Shown here one piece after another: positions 10,929 through 20,183 of a DNA stretch of 64,000 nucleotides; the first letter of the stretch is position 1; each line of letters begins with the position of its first letter. The notes below the pieces were generated by a model. That model did no database searches. It was not told where the DNA came from and saw nothing but the letters and a program-made list of their open reading frames with translations. Source of the DNA: an uncultured Chloroflexia bacterium (lineage in GTDB: Bacteria; Chloroflexota; Limnocylindria; Limnocylindrales; CSP1-4); assembly GCA_963757595.1 (NCBI GenBank), contig CAVWRX010000003.1, positions 373,506 through 437,505 of the forward strand, written 5' to 3'. A program made the translations under genes and the position numbers.

Positions 10929-11510
10929 GTGCCAAGACGAACGTACTCCTTCGATCCACCGGACCGCTTCATCGCGGGAACCGTCGGCCGGCCGGGCAAC
11001 CGGACCTTCTTCCTCCAGGCCCGCGAAGGGACCCGGATCGTGAGTGTCTCGCTGGAGAAGGTCCAGGTAGCGGCGCTGGCTGAGCGTCTCGGCCACCTGC
11101 TGCTCGAGCTCGACGAGCGCGGGCTCGTGAAGCTCCAAGAGGACCGGCCGATCCAGGACGTGGCGCCCCTGGACGAACCGCTGACCGAGGCCTTTCGGGC
11201 CGGCACGCTGACCCTCGGATGGGACGGCACGCGGGAGCGCGTCCTCATCGAAGCGAGGGCCCAGGGTGAGGAGGACGAAGCGGATGAGGGCGGCACGGAA
11301 ACCGACCTCGAGCACCTTCTCGCCGACGATGACGATCCCGACGCGCCGGACGTCCTGCGCGTGCAGCTGACCGCCCAGGTGGCCCGAGGATTCGTGGAAC
11401 GAGCCCTCCGCGTGGTTCGATCGGGCCGGCCGCCGTGCCCCCTGTGCGGCAACCCTCTCGATCCGCAGGGCCACATCTGCCCGCGTCGAAACGGTCACTA
11501 CGTCAACTGA
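10929..11510 (+). CDS. DUF3090 family protein
   Basis: 193 aa. N-terminus FDPPDRFIAGTVGRPGNRTFFLQAR, an acidic central stretch, and a C-terminal CPLCGNPLDPQGHICPRRNGH zinc knuckle, as in actinobacterial DUF3090 proteins. It is followed by a SCO1664-family gene. Confidence 0.65.
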   Translation: MPRRTYSFDPPDRFIAGTVGRPGNRTFFLQAREGTRIVSVSLEKVQVAALAERLGHLLLELDERGLVKLQEDRPIQDVAPLDEPLTEAFRAGTLTLGWDGTRERVLIEARAQGEEDEADEGGTETDLEHLLADDDDPDAPDVLRVQLTAQVARGFVERALRVVRSGRPPCPLCGNPLDPQGHICPRRNGHYVN

Positions 11511-11544
11511 CGAGGCAACCCCGGTCGCAGCCTCGAACGTCGGC

Positions 11545-12300
11545 TTGAACGAATCCCCGGCGGCCGCTCCGCCCGTGGCGCGGTCGGCCGACGGGCGAAC
11601 CCTGGCGGCCCTCCACGACGGGACGCTGGAAGTGCTGGGCCGCCTCCCCGGATCCACGAACCAGGCCCTCGTCGTGCTGGTTCACCATCCGGACCTGCCG
11701 GACCCCTTCCACGCCGTCTACAAGGCCACGGTCGCAGAACGACCGCTCTTCGACTTCCCGATCGGCACGCTCGCCCGCCGGGAAGTCGCGGCGTTCCTCG
11801 TCTCCGAGGCCATGGGTTGGGCGATCGTGCCCCCGACGGTCCTGCGGGACGGACCGTTCGGCGAGGGCATGGTCCAGCAATGGATCCATGCCGACGATTC
11901 GATCGATCGGGTCGAACTCGTCGTCGGCGATGATCCACGCCTCCGTCGGATGGCCGTCTTCGATGCCGTCGTCAACAACACCGATCGCAAGGTGGGCCAC
12001 CTCCTGCCGCTCACCGACGGCCACGTCTACGGCGTCGACCATGGCGTGACGTTCTCCACGCAGCCGAAGCTGCGAACGGTCCTCTGGGGCTGGATGGGAA
12101 CCCAGTTCCGGGATGATGAGCGCGACGGACTCGAACGGGTCCGGGCCGCGCTGGCCGGCACATTGGCGGCCGAGCTTCGAGCGATCATCGCGCCCGAGGA
12201 GGTCACGGCCACGAAGCGCCGGGTCGCCTCGCTGCTGCGCTACGACCGCTTCCCAAGGCCGAACCCCAACTGGCCTGCGGTGCCCTGGCCCGCGTACTGA
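11545..12300 (+). CDS. SCO1664 family protein (PI3/PI4-kinase-like fold)
   Basis: Shares the SCO1664 family pattern (GSTNQALVVLVHHPDL ... AVYKATVAERPLFDFP ... AVVNNTDRKVGHLL ... GVDHGVTF). Start is TTG at 11545 or GTG at 11575. Confidence 0.6.
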   Translation: MNESPAAAPPVARSADGRTLAALHDGTLEVLGRLPGSTNQALVVLVHHPDLPDPFHAVYKATVAERPLFDFPIGTLARREVAAFLVSEAMGWAIVPPTVLRDGPFGEGMVQQWIHADDSIDRVELVVGDDPRLRRMAVFDAVVNNTDRKVGHLLPLTDGHVYGVDHGVTFSTQPKLRTVLWGWMGTQFRDDERDGLERVRAALAGTLAAELRAIIAPEEVTATKRRVASLLRYDRFPRPNPNWPAVPWPAY

Positions 12301-12385
12301 CCGCCGCCCGCGACACCCCTTCCCGCCGCCGCATCCCGAAGATGGGCGCGGTCGATCGGGCACGATACGCAGCGAGGAGGATGCC

Positions 12386-13945
12386 ATGAGCTCGGGCGAT
12401 CAGCTGCTGGCCATCGACGTCGGGACGCAGAGCGTTCGCGCCCTCCTTTTCGACCCCCGCGGCGCGCCGGTTGCCTCCGGCCGGGTGCCGATCGAGCCGT
12501 ACCTGTCGCCGCGGCCTGGCTGGGCCGAGCAGGATCCGGAGGTCTGGTGGACCGCCATCGGGGATGCCTGCCGCCTGCTCTGGTCCGACCCGGCCGCGCG
12601 GCCGGACGCCGTCGCCGGTGTCGCGCTCACGACGCAGCGGGTCACGATCGTCGCCTCCGACGAGGATGGCCGGCCATTGCGACCCGCGATCGTCTGGCTC
12701 GACCAGCGGCAGACCGACGATCTTCCGCCGATCGGCGGTGCCTGGGGCCTGGCGTTCCGGGCGGCCCGGGTGCGGGAAACGGTGGCCCGGTTCCAGGCGG
12801 ACTGCGAGGCGAACTGGATCGAGCGCTTCGAGCCGTCGGTCTGGCGCCGGATCCGCCGTTACGGGGTCCTGTCGTCGTGGCTGACGGCTCGGCTTGTCGG
12901 GCAGTGGGTCGATTCGTCGGCAGCCCAGGTCGGGTACCTGCCCTTCGACTTCAAGCGATCGCGCTGGGCGGGCCGGCTCGACTGGAAGTGGCAGGTCGCG
13001 AACTTCGATCGCGCCTGGCTCCCCGAGCTGGTCGCGCCAACCGGTCGGCTCGGCGACCTCACGGCGGACGCCGCCGGGCATCTCGGGATCGCCGCCGGGA
13101 CACCCCTCATCGCGTCGGCGGGTGACAAGCAGGCAGAGGCGCTCGGGGCCGGCGCCGTGACGCCGGACGTCGCCGCGCTCTCGTTCGGGACCACCGCATC
13201 ACTGGGCACGACGCATCGACGATATCTCGAGGCAATCCCGCTCCTTCCCCCCTACCCCGCCGCGATCCCGGGGGCCTGGTTCGTGGAGCTGCAGGTCCTC
13301 CGGGGATTCTGGATGGTCGAGTGGTTCAAGCGCGAGTTCGGCGCCTCGGAGATCAGCCGTGGCGCCGCGCTCGACGTCCCGCCGGAGGCGCTCTTCGAGG
13401 ATCTCCTCACAGGGTCACCGCCCGGCGCGATGGGCCTGATCCTCCAGCCCTACTGGATGCCCGGCGTTCGCTATCCCGGGCCGGAGGCCAAGGGCGCGAT
13501 CGTGGGCTTCGGGGACGTCCATGGTCGTGCCCACGTGTACCGGGCGATCCTGGAGGGCCTCGCCTACGGCCTCCGGGAAGGCGCGGAGCAGACCGTTGCT
13601 CGCAGCCACGTCCCGATCCGGGAGCTCCGGATCTCGGGCGGTGGCTCGCAGTCCCGGGCCGCGGTGCAGCTCTTCGCCGACGTCTTCGGGATCTCGGCCA
13701 GCCGTCCGCACACGCCGGAAGCCGCCGGCCTCGGCGCGGCGATCGATGCCGCGCTGGGCCTGGGACTGCACCCGGATCCCGCGACGGCCGTGGCCGAGAT
13801 GGTGAGAGTCGGAGAGCGCTTCGAGCCGGATCGCGGGGCGAACCGGATCTACGAGGACCTCTACCGGTCCGTCTACCTGCCCATGTACGACCGCTTGCGG
13901 CCGCTCTATCGCGAGATCCGGCGCATCACCGGCTATCCGCGGTGA
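12386..13945 (+). CDS. FGGY-family carbohydrate kinase (xylulokinase/glycerol-kinase-like)
   Basis: Starts LLAIDVGTQSVRALLFD ... GWAEQDPEVWW and ends ... ISGGGSQSRAAVQLFADVFG. GAGGAGG lies 6 nt upstream of the ATG. Confidence 0.75.
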   Translation: MSSGDQLLAIDVGTQSVRALLFDPRGAPVASGRVPIEPYLSPRPGWAEQDPEVWWTAIGDACRLLWSDPAARPDAVAGVALTTQRVTIVASDEDGRPLRPAIVWLDQRQTDDLPPIGGAWGLAFRAARVRETVARFQADCEANWIERFEPSVWRRIRRYGVLSSWLTARLVGQWVDSSAAQVGYLPFDFKRSRWAGRLDWKWQVANFDRAWLPELVAPTGRLGDLTADAAGHLGIAAGTPLIASAGDKQAEALGAGAVTPDVAALSFGTTASLGTTHRRYLEAIPLLPPYPAAIPGAWFVELQVLRGFWMVEWFKREFGASEISRGAALDVPPEALFEDLLTGSPPGAMGLILQPYWMPGVRYPGPEAKGAIVGFGDVHGRAHVYRAILEGLAYGLREGAEQTVARSHVPIRELRISGGGSQSRAAVQLFADVFGISASRPHTPEAAGLGAAIDAALGLGLHPDPATAVAEMVRVGERFEPDRGANRIYEDLYRSVYLPMYDRLRPLYREIRRITGYPR

Positions 13946-14591
13946 GGATCGGCCGCTCGAAGACGAGCAGGTGCCAGATCCCGACACTTGCGGACCCGGC
14001 CGGCTCGAGGCCCCCGGCGCGCGCCGCCGCCGCGACCCGGTCGTGGGGGTGAGCGTAGGCGCGGTATGGCGACCTGATCAGGCGATACCAGGCGTTCGAG
14101 GCCCCGATGACGAGCCTCGCTGCGAAGCCGTCCGGTGGCAGGACGATCCCGAGCCGCCCCCGCGCACGTTCCGCAGCGAGCGTCACGAGCGCGTCGATGT
14201 CCCGATAGCAGCAGACGACCCGGTCGAGCGCCACGAGATCTGCGGCCGGCACCTCGGCCGCGAGGGACACGACGTCGCCGTGGAGGTAGGACACTCGGTC
14301 ACCGAGACCGCGACGGGCGGCTTCCGCCTTCGAGGCAGCGAGATACGGCCCGGAGGCATCGACATCCGTGGCGGCCGCGGCGCCGCGCTCGAGGAGCAGC
14401 TGATACAACGCCCCGATCCCCGCGCCGATGTCCAGCACCGTCCGGCCCGTCAGGCCCGTTCGTCCCAGCGCTTCAGCCAGCGCGAGGGTCTGGCGGGTCG
14501 CGCCCCTTCGCCGGTATCGGCGCAGCTCGGCTTGGGCCTTGCGGACGTCGAAGGTCAGGTCGTAGCAGCCGGCGCAGCACGGCTCGGGCAT
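13926..14591 (-). CDS. Class I SAM-dependent methyltransferase
   Basis: Has Rossmann motif I (VLDIGAGIGALYQLL), an N-terminal Cys pair (CCAGCYD) and motif post-I/II (LVALDRVVCCY). The 3' end overlaps the FGGY kinase gene by 20 bp (convergent). Confidence 0.6.
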   Translation of the reverse strand: MPEPCCAGCYDLTFDVRKAQAELRRYRRRGATRQTLALAEALGRTGLTGRTVLDIGAGIGALYQLLLERGAAAATDVDASGPYLAASKAEAARRGLGDRVSYLHGDVVSLAAEVPAADLVALDRVVCCYRDIDALVTLAAERARGRLGIVLPPDGFAARLVIGASNAWYRLIRSPYRAYAHPHDRVAAAARAGGLEPAGSASVGIWHLLVFERPILTADSR

Positions 14592-14664
14592 GCGCGGACA
14601 GTAGCCGAAATGCGCGGCCGTGCCGACCCGCGGCCGGCGCCGAACTCGCGAGGCGTGGACCAGG

Positions 14665-15669
14665 CTAGGCCCGGACCTCCTGGCGCATGAACCAGATGTA
14701 GGCAGCCGCGAAGCAGATCGCGGTCATCGCCACGAGCGCGACGACGTGCGGCCAGACGAGCAGGGCGCTCTGGTCGAAGGTCATCAGCTGTCCCTGTGAC
14801 TGCTGCTGCCATTGCTGCCACTGGCCGACCGTGGTCGGGGTCGAGACGGTCGTCACGGTCGGGTTCAGGAGGACTCCCGAGGCCTCCTGGTACAGGGTCA
14901 GCGGCAGGAGCCGCTCGATCGTGGTCGACAGCGCCGTGAGTGACAGGGCGTCCTGCAGGGAGCCGGCACTCGCGACCGGGGCCACCACGTTGGCGATGAG
15001 GCTGACGATGAGCTGGCCGAAGATCGCGACCAGGAGCCAGACGCCGAAGCCGACGAGCGCCGCCGTCGCCGCCCGCCGGATGACGACCGACAGGAGGAGG
15101 CCGAAGGCCAGCCAGAGGCTGACCCAGAGCACGGTGAGGATCACCCAGGCCAGGAGTCGGACCACCTCGTCGGCCCCCGGCACGATCCCGAGCCGGAAGA
15201 TCCCGAAGCCGGCGATGATGCCGACCACGGCGATCATGACCAAGGTGATCGCCGCGAGGCCGGCCGCGAACTTGCCGTTGACCACGTCGTCGCGGTAGAT
15301 CGGCTGGGACAGCAACCTGGGCAGTGTCCCATCCGTCCGCTCGCTGTTGATCGCGTCGAAGGCGAAGGCCACGCCGAGCAGGGGCGCCACGATCCCGACG
15401 AAGTTGTACACGTTCGGGATCGGCGTGCCCGATGAGGTCACCAGGAAGAGCGCGAGGAACGCGTCCCGCGTATCCGTGACCTGCGAGGCAACCGACTTGA
15501 TGGTGTCCGAGGCGAAGTACAGCGGCACGATCGCGGCCGCGCCGAGGACGATCAGCAGGACGAAGAATCGCGCGCTCGATACGTGGTCGGCGAACTCCTT
15601 GCGAGCCACGATCCGCCAGCCGGCGGATCGGCCCTTGAGCCGGGAGACCGGGGCTGCTTCGGCGGTCAT
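14665..15669 (-). CDS. ABC-2 type transporter permease
   Basis: Six hydrophobic helices. ATG at 15669 with GGAGG upstream. The start overlaps the stop of the ATPase gene (ATGA). Confidence 0.7.
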   Translation of the reverse strand: MTAEAAPVSRLKGRSAGWRIVARKEFADHVSSARFFVLLIVLGAAAIVPLYFASDTIKSVASQVTDTRDAFLALFLVTSSGTPIPNVYNFVGIVAPLLGVAFAFDAINSERTDGTLPRLLSQPIYRDDVVNGKFAAGLAAITLVMIAVVGIIAGFGIFRLGIVPGADEVVRLLAWVILTVLWVSLWLAFGLLLSVVIRRAATAALVGFGVWLLVAIFGQLIVSLIANVVAPVASAGSLQDALSLTALSTTIERLLPLTLYQEASGVLLNPTVTTVSTPTTVGQWQQWQQQSQGQLMTFDQSALLVWPHVVALVAMTAICFAAAYIWFMRQEVRA

Positions 15670-16751
15670 CCTCCAACCTCCGTTGCCATGCCGGCCTGCG
15701 TCATCGAGGCGACCGCGGTCCGGTAGATGTCGTCGAGCGAAGGTTCGAGAACGCGCATCGAGGTGAGCCGCAGGGCGTGATCCACCGCGGCCCGCAGGAT
15801 CGCCTCGCGAACGGCTCCGGACGCCTCGACCGGGCGCACCGCCAGTCGCCACGCGCGGGCCACGTCGTCCCAGATGACGTCGTCCACGTTGGCGAGGCCG
15901 CGGAGCACGCCGACCGGATCCGGCGTCGGGGTGTCCGGCTCACCCGCTGCGAAGGTGACCTCGACGTGGGCCGCGCCGTCGCCGAAGCGCTCGGCGAGCT
16001 CGGCCACGGTGCCGACCCCGATGAGCTTGCCGGAGGCGAAGATGCCGACCCGGTCGCAGACGGACTGCACCTGGCCGAGCAGGTGGCTGGACAGCAGGAT
16101 GGTCATGCCCCGATCGCGTACGAGCGATCGGAGCAGGTCGAGGACCTCGACCACGCCGATCGGATCGATCGAGGTCGTGGGCTCGTCGAGGATGAGGACG
16201 TCGGGATTCTTGAGGAGGGCATCCGCGATCCCGAGGCGCTGGAGCATGCCCCTGGAGTACGTGTCGGTCCGGGTGTCGGCCCGGCCCACCAGCCCGACCT
16301 GCTCGAGGACATGCTCGATCCGGCCCTCCGTCTCCTCCCTGTCCAGGCCGTTGAGGCGGGCCGTGTAGCGAAGGTTCTCCCGCCCGGTCAGGTCCCCGTA
16401 GAAGCCGACGGCGTCCGGCAGGTATCCAACCTGTCGCTTGACCTCGAGCGGACGACGAGCGGGGTCGCGACCGACCACCCGGGCCGACCCACCGCTCGGC
16501 TCGGTGAGGCCGAGGAGCATCAGGATCGTCGTGGTCTTGCCGGCCCCGTTCTGGCCGAGGAGGCCGAATATCTCGCCCGGCCGGACCTCGAGGTCCAGCG
16601 CGTCGACCGCGACGAAGTCCCCGTACTTCTTCGTCAGGGCGCGCGTCCGGATCGGCGCGCCGGGAGTCATGACCTCGGGAACACGCGGCGATCCGGCGCC
16701 ACGGGTCGATCGGCGCCGGCGGCTGGGCCGCGGCGGTGCGACGTCAGTCAC
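15666..16751 (-). CDS. ABC transporter ATP-binding protein
   Basis: Walker A (GLLGQNGAGKTT), signature (YSRGMLQRLGIA), Walker B (ILDEPTTSIDP) and H-loop (LLSSH). Start is either 16751 or the internal ATG at 16670. Confidence 0.8.
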   Translation of the reverse strand: MTDVAPPRPSRRRRSTRGAGSPRVPEVMTPGAPIRTRALTKKYGDFVAVDALDLEVRPGEIFGLLGQNGAGKTTTILMLLGLTEPSGGSARVVGRDPARRPLEVKRQVGYLPDAVGFYGDLTGRENLRYTARLNGLDREETEGRIEHVLEQVGLVGRADTRTDTYSRGMLQRLGIADALLKNPDVLILDEPTTSIDPIGVVEVLDLLRSLVRDRGMTILLSSHLLGQVQSVCDRVGIFASGKLIGVGTVAELAERFGDGAAHVEVTFAAGEPDTPTPDPVGVLRGLANVDDVIWDDVARAWRLAVRPVEASGAVREAILRAAVDHALRLTSMRVLEPSLDDIYRTAVASMTQAGMATEVGG

Positions 16752-16755
16752 GGGA

Positions 16756-18006
16756 TCAGCGCCGGCCGTAGCGCTGGAAGACCCACCACACGCCGCCGAT
16801 CACCGCGACGATGAGGGCCACCCCAACGACACCCCACAGGATCGAGGTCTCGACGGTGTACCGGATCTGCATCGAGTCGGTCGCGGAGGGATCGCCCGAC
16901 GCGGAGATCGTCAGGTTGTAGTCGCCCGCGATGGCGTCACCCGACGGCTTGATCTGGGCGTTCACGGTCTGCGACTGGCCGGCGGCGATCGTGGCCACGG
17001 TCGGCGTGTCGAAGGTGATGTCCCAGCCGCCGGGGCCGGTGCCGGTGAGCTTGACGTTGGTGATGTCCGCGGTGCCGTTGTTGGTCAGGGTCACCGCGAG
17101 GGGGGTCGTGCTTCCTGCCGGTCCGTGGCCGTTGAGCAGGCCGCCGGGCGTCGAGATCGCGAGGGTGTAGGTGCCGGTGACCTCCACCGTCAGCGTTCCC
17201 TGGATCGTCCTCGATCCGGCAACGGCGACGACCTGGAGGTCGTACGAGCCCGCTGCGACCCCCGACGGCGGCGTGGCCGAGACGGTCACGCCGGAGGTTG
17301 AACCCGCCTTCACGACGGCGCTTGCCGCCTGTGACTGGCCGGTCAGGTTCGCCTGGATCGTCCAGCCGGTCGGTCCCTGCGCGTTGACGGAGAAGGTGAG
17401 GTCCTCTGCGGTCCCGTTCGACAGCGTGAGGTTGAAGTTGAACGTCTGCGTCGAGGGACCCTTGAGGCTCGGAAAGTCGGTCTTGAGGGTGACATCGCCG
17501 GTCGCCCCGGCATCAACGCGAATCGTCAGGGGGAGGTCGCTGACCGTGCTCCCGTAGCTGGCGCGGAGGTTCATGCTCGTCGTGCCGGTCGCGTCGGCCG
17601 GGACGTCCACGTCGACGCGGGCGCTGGCAGTCGGTACGGCGACGGTGCCGGCGGTCGTGCTGGACGGAACGGTCGTCTGGACCTCGTCCACGACGAACCC
17701 ACCGCCGTGGATCTCGGCGTTCCATGTGGCCGGCGCACCGGTGAGGGCGACGCTGACCCGCTCCGGGGAATTGGTCGTGATCGTGACGTCGAAGCTCACA
17801 TGGGCCCCGGGCGCCACCGTGACTGCCGGGTAGGGGGTCGTCACCAGGAGCGCGGGTCCGGCGAGAGCTGCCGGCGCAAGCGCCGTCGCGGCGATCCCCG
17901 TGGCCGCGAGGAGGACGATGGTCCGGCGGAGGCCGGCGGGGAAGCCTCGCCGGGTCGCCCCCGGCTGGGCGCCGCTCGCGCCGGTCAACTGTCGTTTCAT
18001 CGTCAT
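16756..18006 (-). CDS. NEW3 domain-containing cell-surface protein with a signal peptide and a C-terminal TM anchor
   Basis: Start MTMKRQ at 18006 with GGAGGAG upstream, then a signal peptide (TIVLLAATGIAATALAPAALA). Several β-rich repeats of the form TxTNNGTADITNV and a C-terminal anchor (ILWGVVGVALIVAVIGGVWWVF). This architecture typically partners with ABC-2 transporters. Confidence 0.6.
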   Translation of the reverse strand: MTMKRQLTGASGAQPGATRRGFPAGLRRTIVLLAATGIAATALAPAALAGPALLVTTPYPAVTVAPGAHVSFDVTITTNSPERVSVALTGAPATWNAEIHGGGFVVDEVQTTVPSSTTAGTVAVPTASARVDVDVPADATGTTSMNLRASYGSTVSDLPLTIRVDAGATGDVTLKTDFPSLKGPSTQTFNFNLTLSNGTAEDLTFSVNAQGPTGWTIQANLTGQSQAASAVVKAGSTSGVTVSATPPSGVAAGSYDLQVVAVAGSRTIQGTLTVEVTGTYTLAISTPGGLLNGHGPAGSTTPLAVTLTNNGTADITNVKLTGTGPGGWDITFDTPTVATIAAGQSQTVNAQIKPSGDAIAGDYNLTISASGDPSATDSMQIRYTVETSILWGVVGVALIVAVIGGVWWVFQRYGRR

Positions 18007-18489
18007 GCTCGCCACGATCTCCTCCAACGTACGATCCGTGTCATGGGCACCTGCCGGCGTGGCCCCATTGGTCGCACTGCGCCGGGCGCGCCCCACGACC
18101 GCCTGCGGTCGTCCCTCCCGGGCGCGTGCCTCTCGAATCTGACAAGTGTGAGGCCGGAACGCAACCACCGCTCGATGAAGGGTCGGTTGCGAGACCGCAA
18201 CCAATGCCGTTTGGACCGAGGGCGCGGCCGAGTCCTGTCCGATTCGTGACGAATGGACCGTTTGACAGCCTCGGCGGTGGGCCCCATGCTGGTTCGGACA
18301 ACCGGATCCGCGAGACGGACGCAGGTCAGAGCATCGATCGAGTTCAAGGAACCGCATCGACTCGCTCCCGCGATCGCCGCCTGGATCCCGCCCATCGCCG
18401 TCAGTCGCCCATCACGCGACCGACTGCATCTCGTAGCCGTCAGGCGGACCTGTCACATCCGGCCTCGGCCGAAGGAACCACAGAGCACC

Positions 18490-18678
18490 ATGCTTTCGCG
18501 AACACTCCACACATCCACCGTCGGACGCTCCGCGTCCATGCGCCGCCTTCGTCGCCGCCAGTCGAGCACGAGCCGGCTGTTCTGCTCGACAAACGGCTGC
18601 GCCAGCTTCCTCGAAGTCGACGCCAACGGCCAACTGGCCACCTGCCCGATCTGCGGGTACCGCCGCCGCCTGAACTGA
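18490..18678 (+). CDS. FmdB-family-like zinc-ribbon small protein
   Basis: The C-terminus (FCSTNGCASFLEVDANGQLATCPICGYRRRL) follows the FmdB pattern (C-x-C ... FE ... CPxCG). The N-terminal extension and start codon are uncertain. Confidence 0.4.
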   Translation: MLSRTLHTSTVGRSASMRRLRRRQSSTSRLFCSTNGCASFLEVDANGQLATCPICGYRRRLN

Positions 18679-18810
18679 TGCCGGCGGCCGATGGCCGCCC
18701 GCACTCGGCCGACTCCCGTTCGAGCCGGGGTCACCCTATCATCGGCTGATCAAGCCGCCGCATCGGTGATCTCCGTGCCGACCCTCGATCGCGGCCGCCT
18801 CGCGGGCCTC

Positions 18811-20130
18811 ATGGCGAGCGAGATGGCCGACTTCACCGCCCGCCATCCACGGGCCGCGGCCCTCCACGAACGGGCTCGCCGCTCGCTCGTCGACGGCGTC
18901 CCGATGAACTGGATGATCAAGTGGGCGGGCGCCTTTCCCCTGTACGTGGAAGCCGCTTCGGGAGCCCACTTCACGGACGTCGATGGCCACGACTACATCG
19001 ACTTCTGCCTCGGGGACACGGGCGCCATGGCCGGCCACGGCGCCGGCCCCACGATTGCCGCAGTCGAGCGGCAGATGCGCCGCGGGATCACCCACATGCT
19101 GCCGACCGAGGACGCAATCTGGGCCGGCGAGGAGCTGACGCGCCGGTTCGGCCTGCCGTTCTGGCAGTTCGCCCTCACCGCGACCGATGCCAACCGGTTC
19201 TCGCTGCGCCTTGCCCGCCACATCAGCGGCCGGCCGCTCATCGCCGTCCACGATCGGAACTACCACGGCTCGGTCGACGAGACCTTTGCCTGGCTCGGGG
19301 ACGACGGCCGCGTCGAGGCGCGGCGCGGGAACCTGGGCCCGCAGGTGAACCCCGCGCTGACCACCCGGGTCGTGCCCTTCAACGACCTCGACTCGCTTGA
19401 GCGGACACTGGCCGACGAGCAGGTCGCCGCGCTCCTCATCGAACCGGCCCTTACGAACGTCGGCATCGTCCTGCCCGAGCCCGGCTACCTCGACGGCGTC
19501 CGCGAGATCACCAGACGCACCGGAACGATCCTGATCCACGACGAGACGCACACGATCTGCGCCGGACCCGGCGGCATCACGGCCGCCGGCGGCTATGAGC
19601 CGGACATGCTGGTCATCGGCAAGACGATCGGCGGCGGCATCCCGGCGGCCACGTACGGCATGACCGCGGACATCGCGGAGCGCGTCAGCGGCTCGATCGA
19701 CTACGAGGACTCCGATGTCGGTGGCATCGGCGGGACCCTCGCGGGCTACGCCCTGTCGCTGGCCGCGATCCGGGCGACCCTCGGCGAGGTCCTGACCGAC
19801 GGCGCCTTCGCCCGGATGATCCCACTCGCCGAGCGCTGGGAGGCCGGCGTGGCCCACGTCATCGCCAGCCACGATGTCCCGTGGCACGTCACCCGTCTCG
19901 GCGCCCGCGCCGAGTACCACTTCATGCCGACGCGGCCGCGCACGGGCCGGGAGCAGTGGGACCACGGTGACCCCGAGCTCGAGCGGTTCCTGCACTTGTG
20001 GGTGATGAACCGCGGCATCCTGATGACGCCCTTCCACAACATGGCCCTGATGTCGCCGGCGACGACCGAGGCCGACGTCGATCGCCACACCGAGGCCTTC
20101 GAGGCCGCGGTTTCATCACTGTTCGGGTGA
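18811..20130 (+). CDS. Class III aminotransferase, glutamate-1-semialdehyde 2,1-aminomutase-like
   Basis: PLP-fold motifs (HMLPTEDAIWAGEEL ... GGGIPAATYGM ... IHDETHTICAGPGG) and a lysine region (VIGKTIGGG). Confidence 0.75.
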   Translation: MASEMADFTARHPRAAALHERARRSLVDGVPMNWMIKWAGAFPLYVEAASGAHFTDVDGHDYIDFCLGDTGAMAGHGAGPTIAAVERQMRRGITHMLPTEDAIWAGEELTRRFGLPFWQFALTATDANRFSLRLARHISGRPLIAVHDRNYHGSVDETFAWLGDDGRVEARRGNLGPQVNPALTTRVVPFNDLDSLERTLADEQVAALLIEPALTNVGIVLPEPGYLDGVREITRRTGTILIHDETHTICAGPGGITAAGGYEPDMLVIGKTIGGGIPAATYGMTADIAERVSGSIDYEDSDVGGIGGTLAGYALSLAAIRATLGEVLTDGAFARMIPLAERWEAGVAHVIASHDVPWHVTRLGARAEYHFMPTRPRTGREQWDHGDPELERFLHLWVMNRGILMTPFHNMALMSPATTEADVDRHTEAFEAAVSSLFG

Positions 20131-20183
20131 TCGCCCTCGGACGTGCCAGGCGAGATGGCACGGCCGGCCGCTAGAGTCCACTG

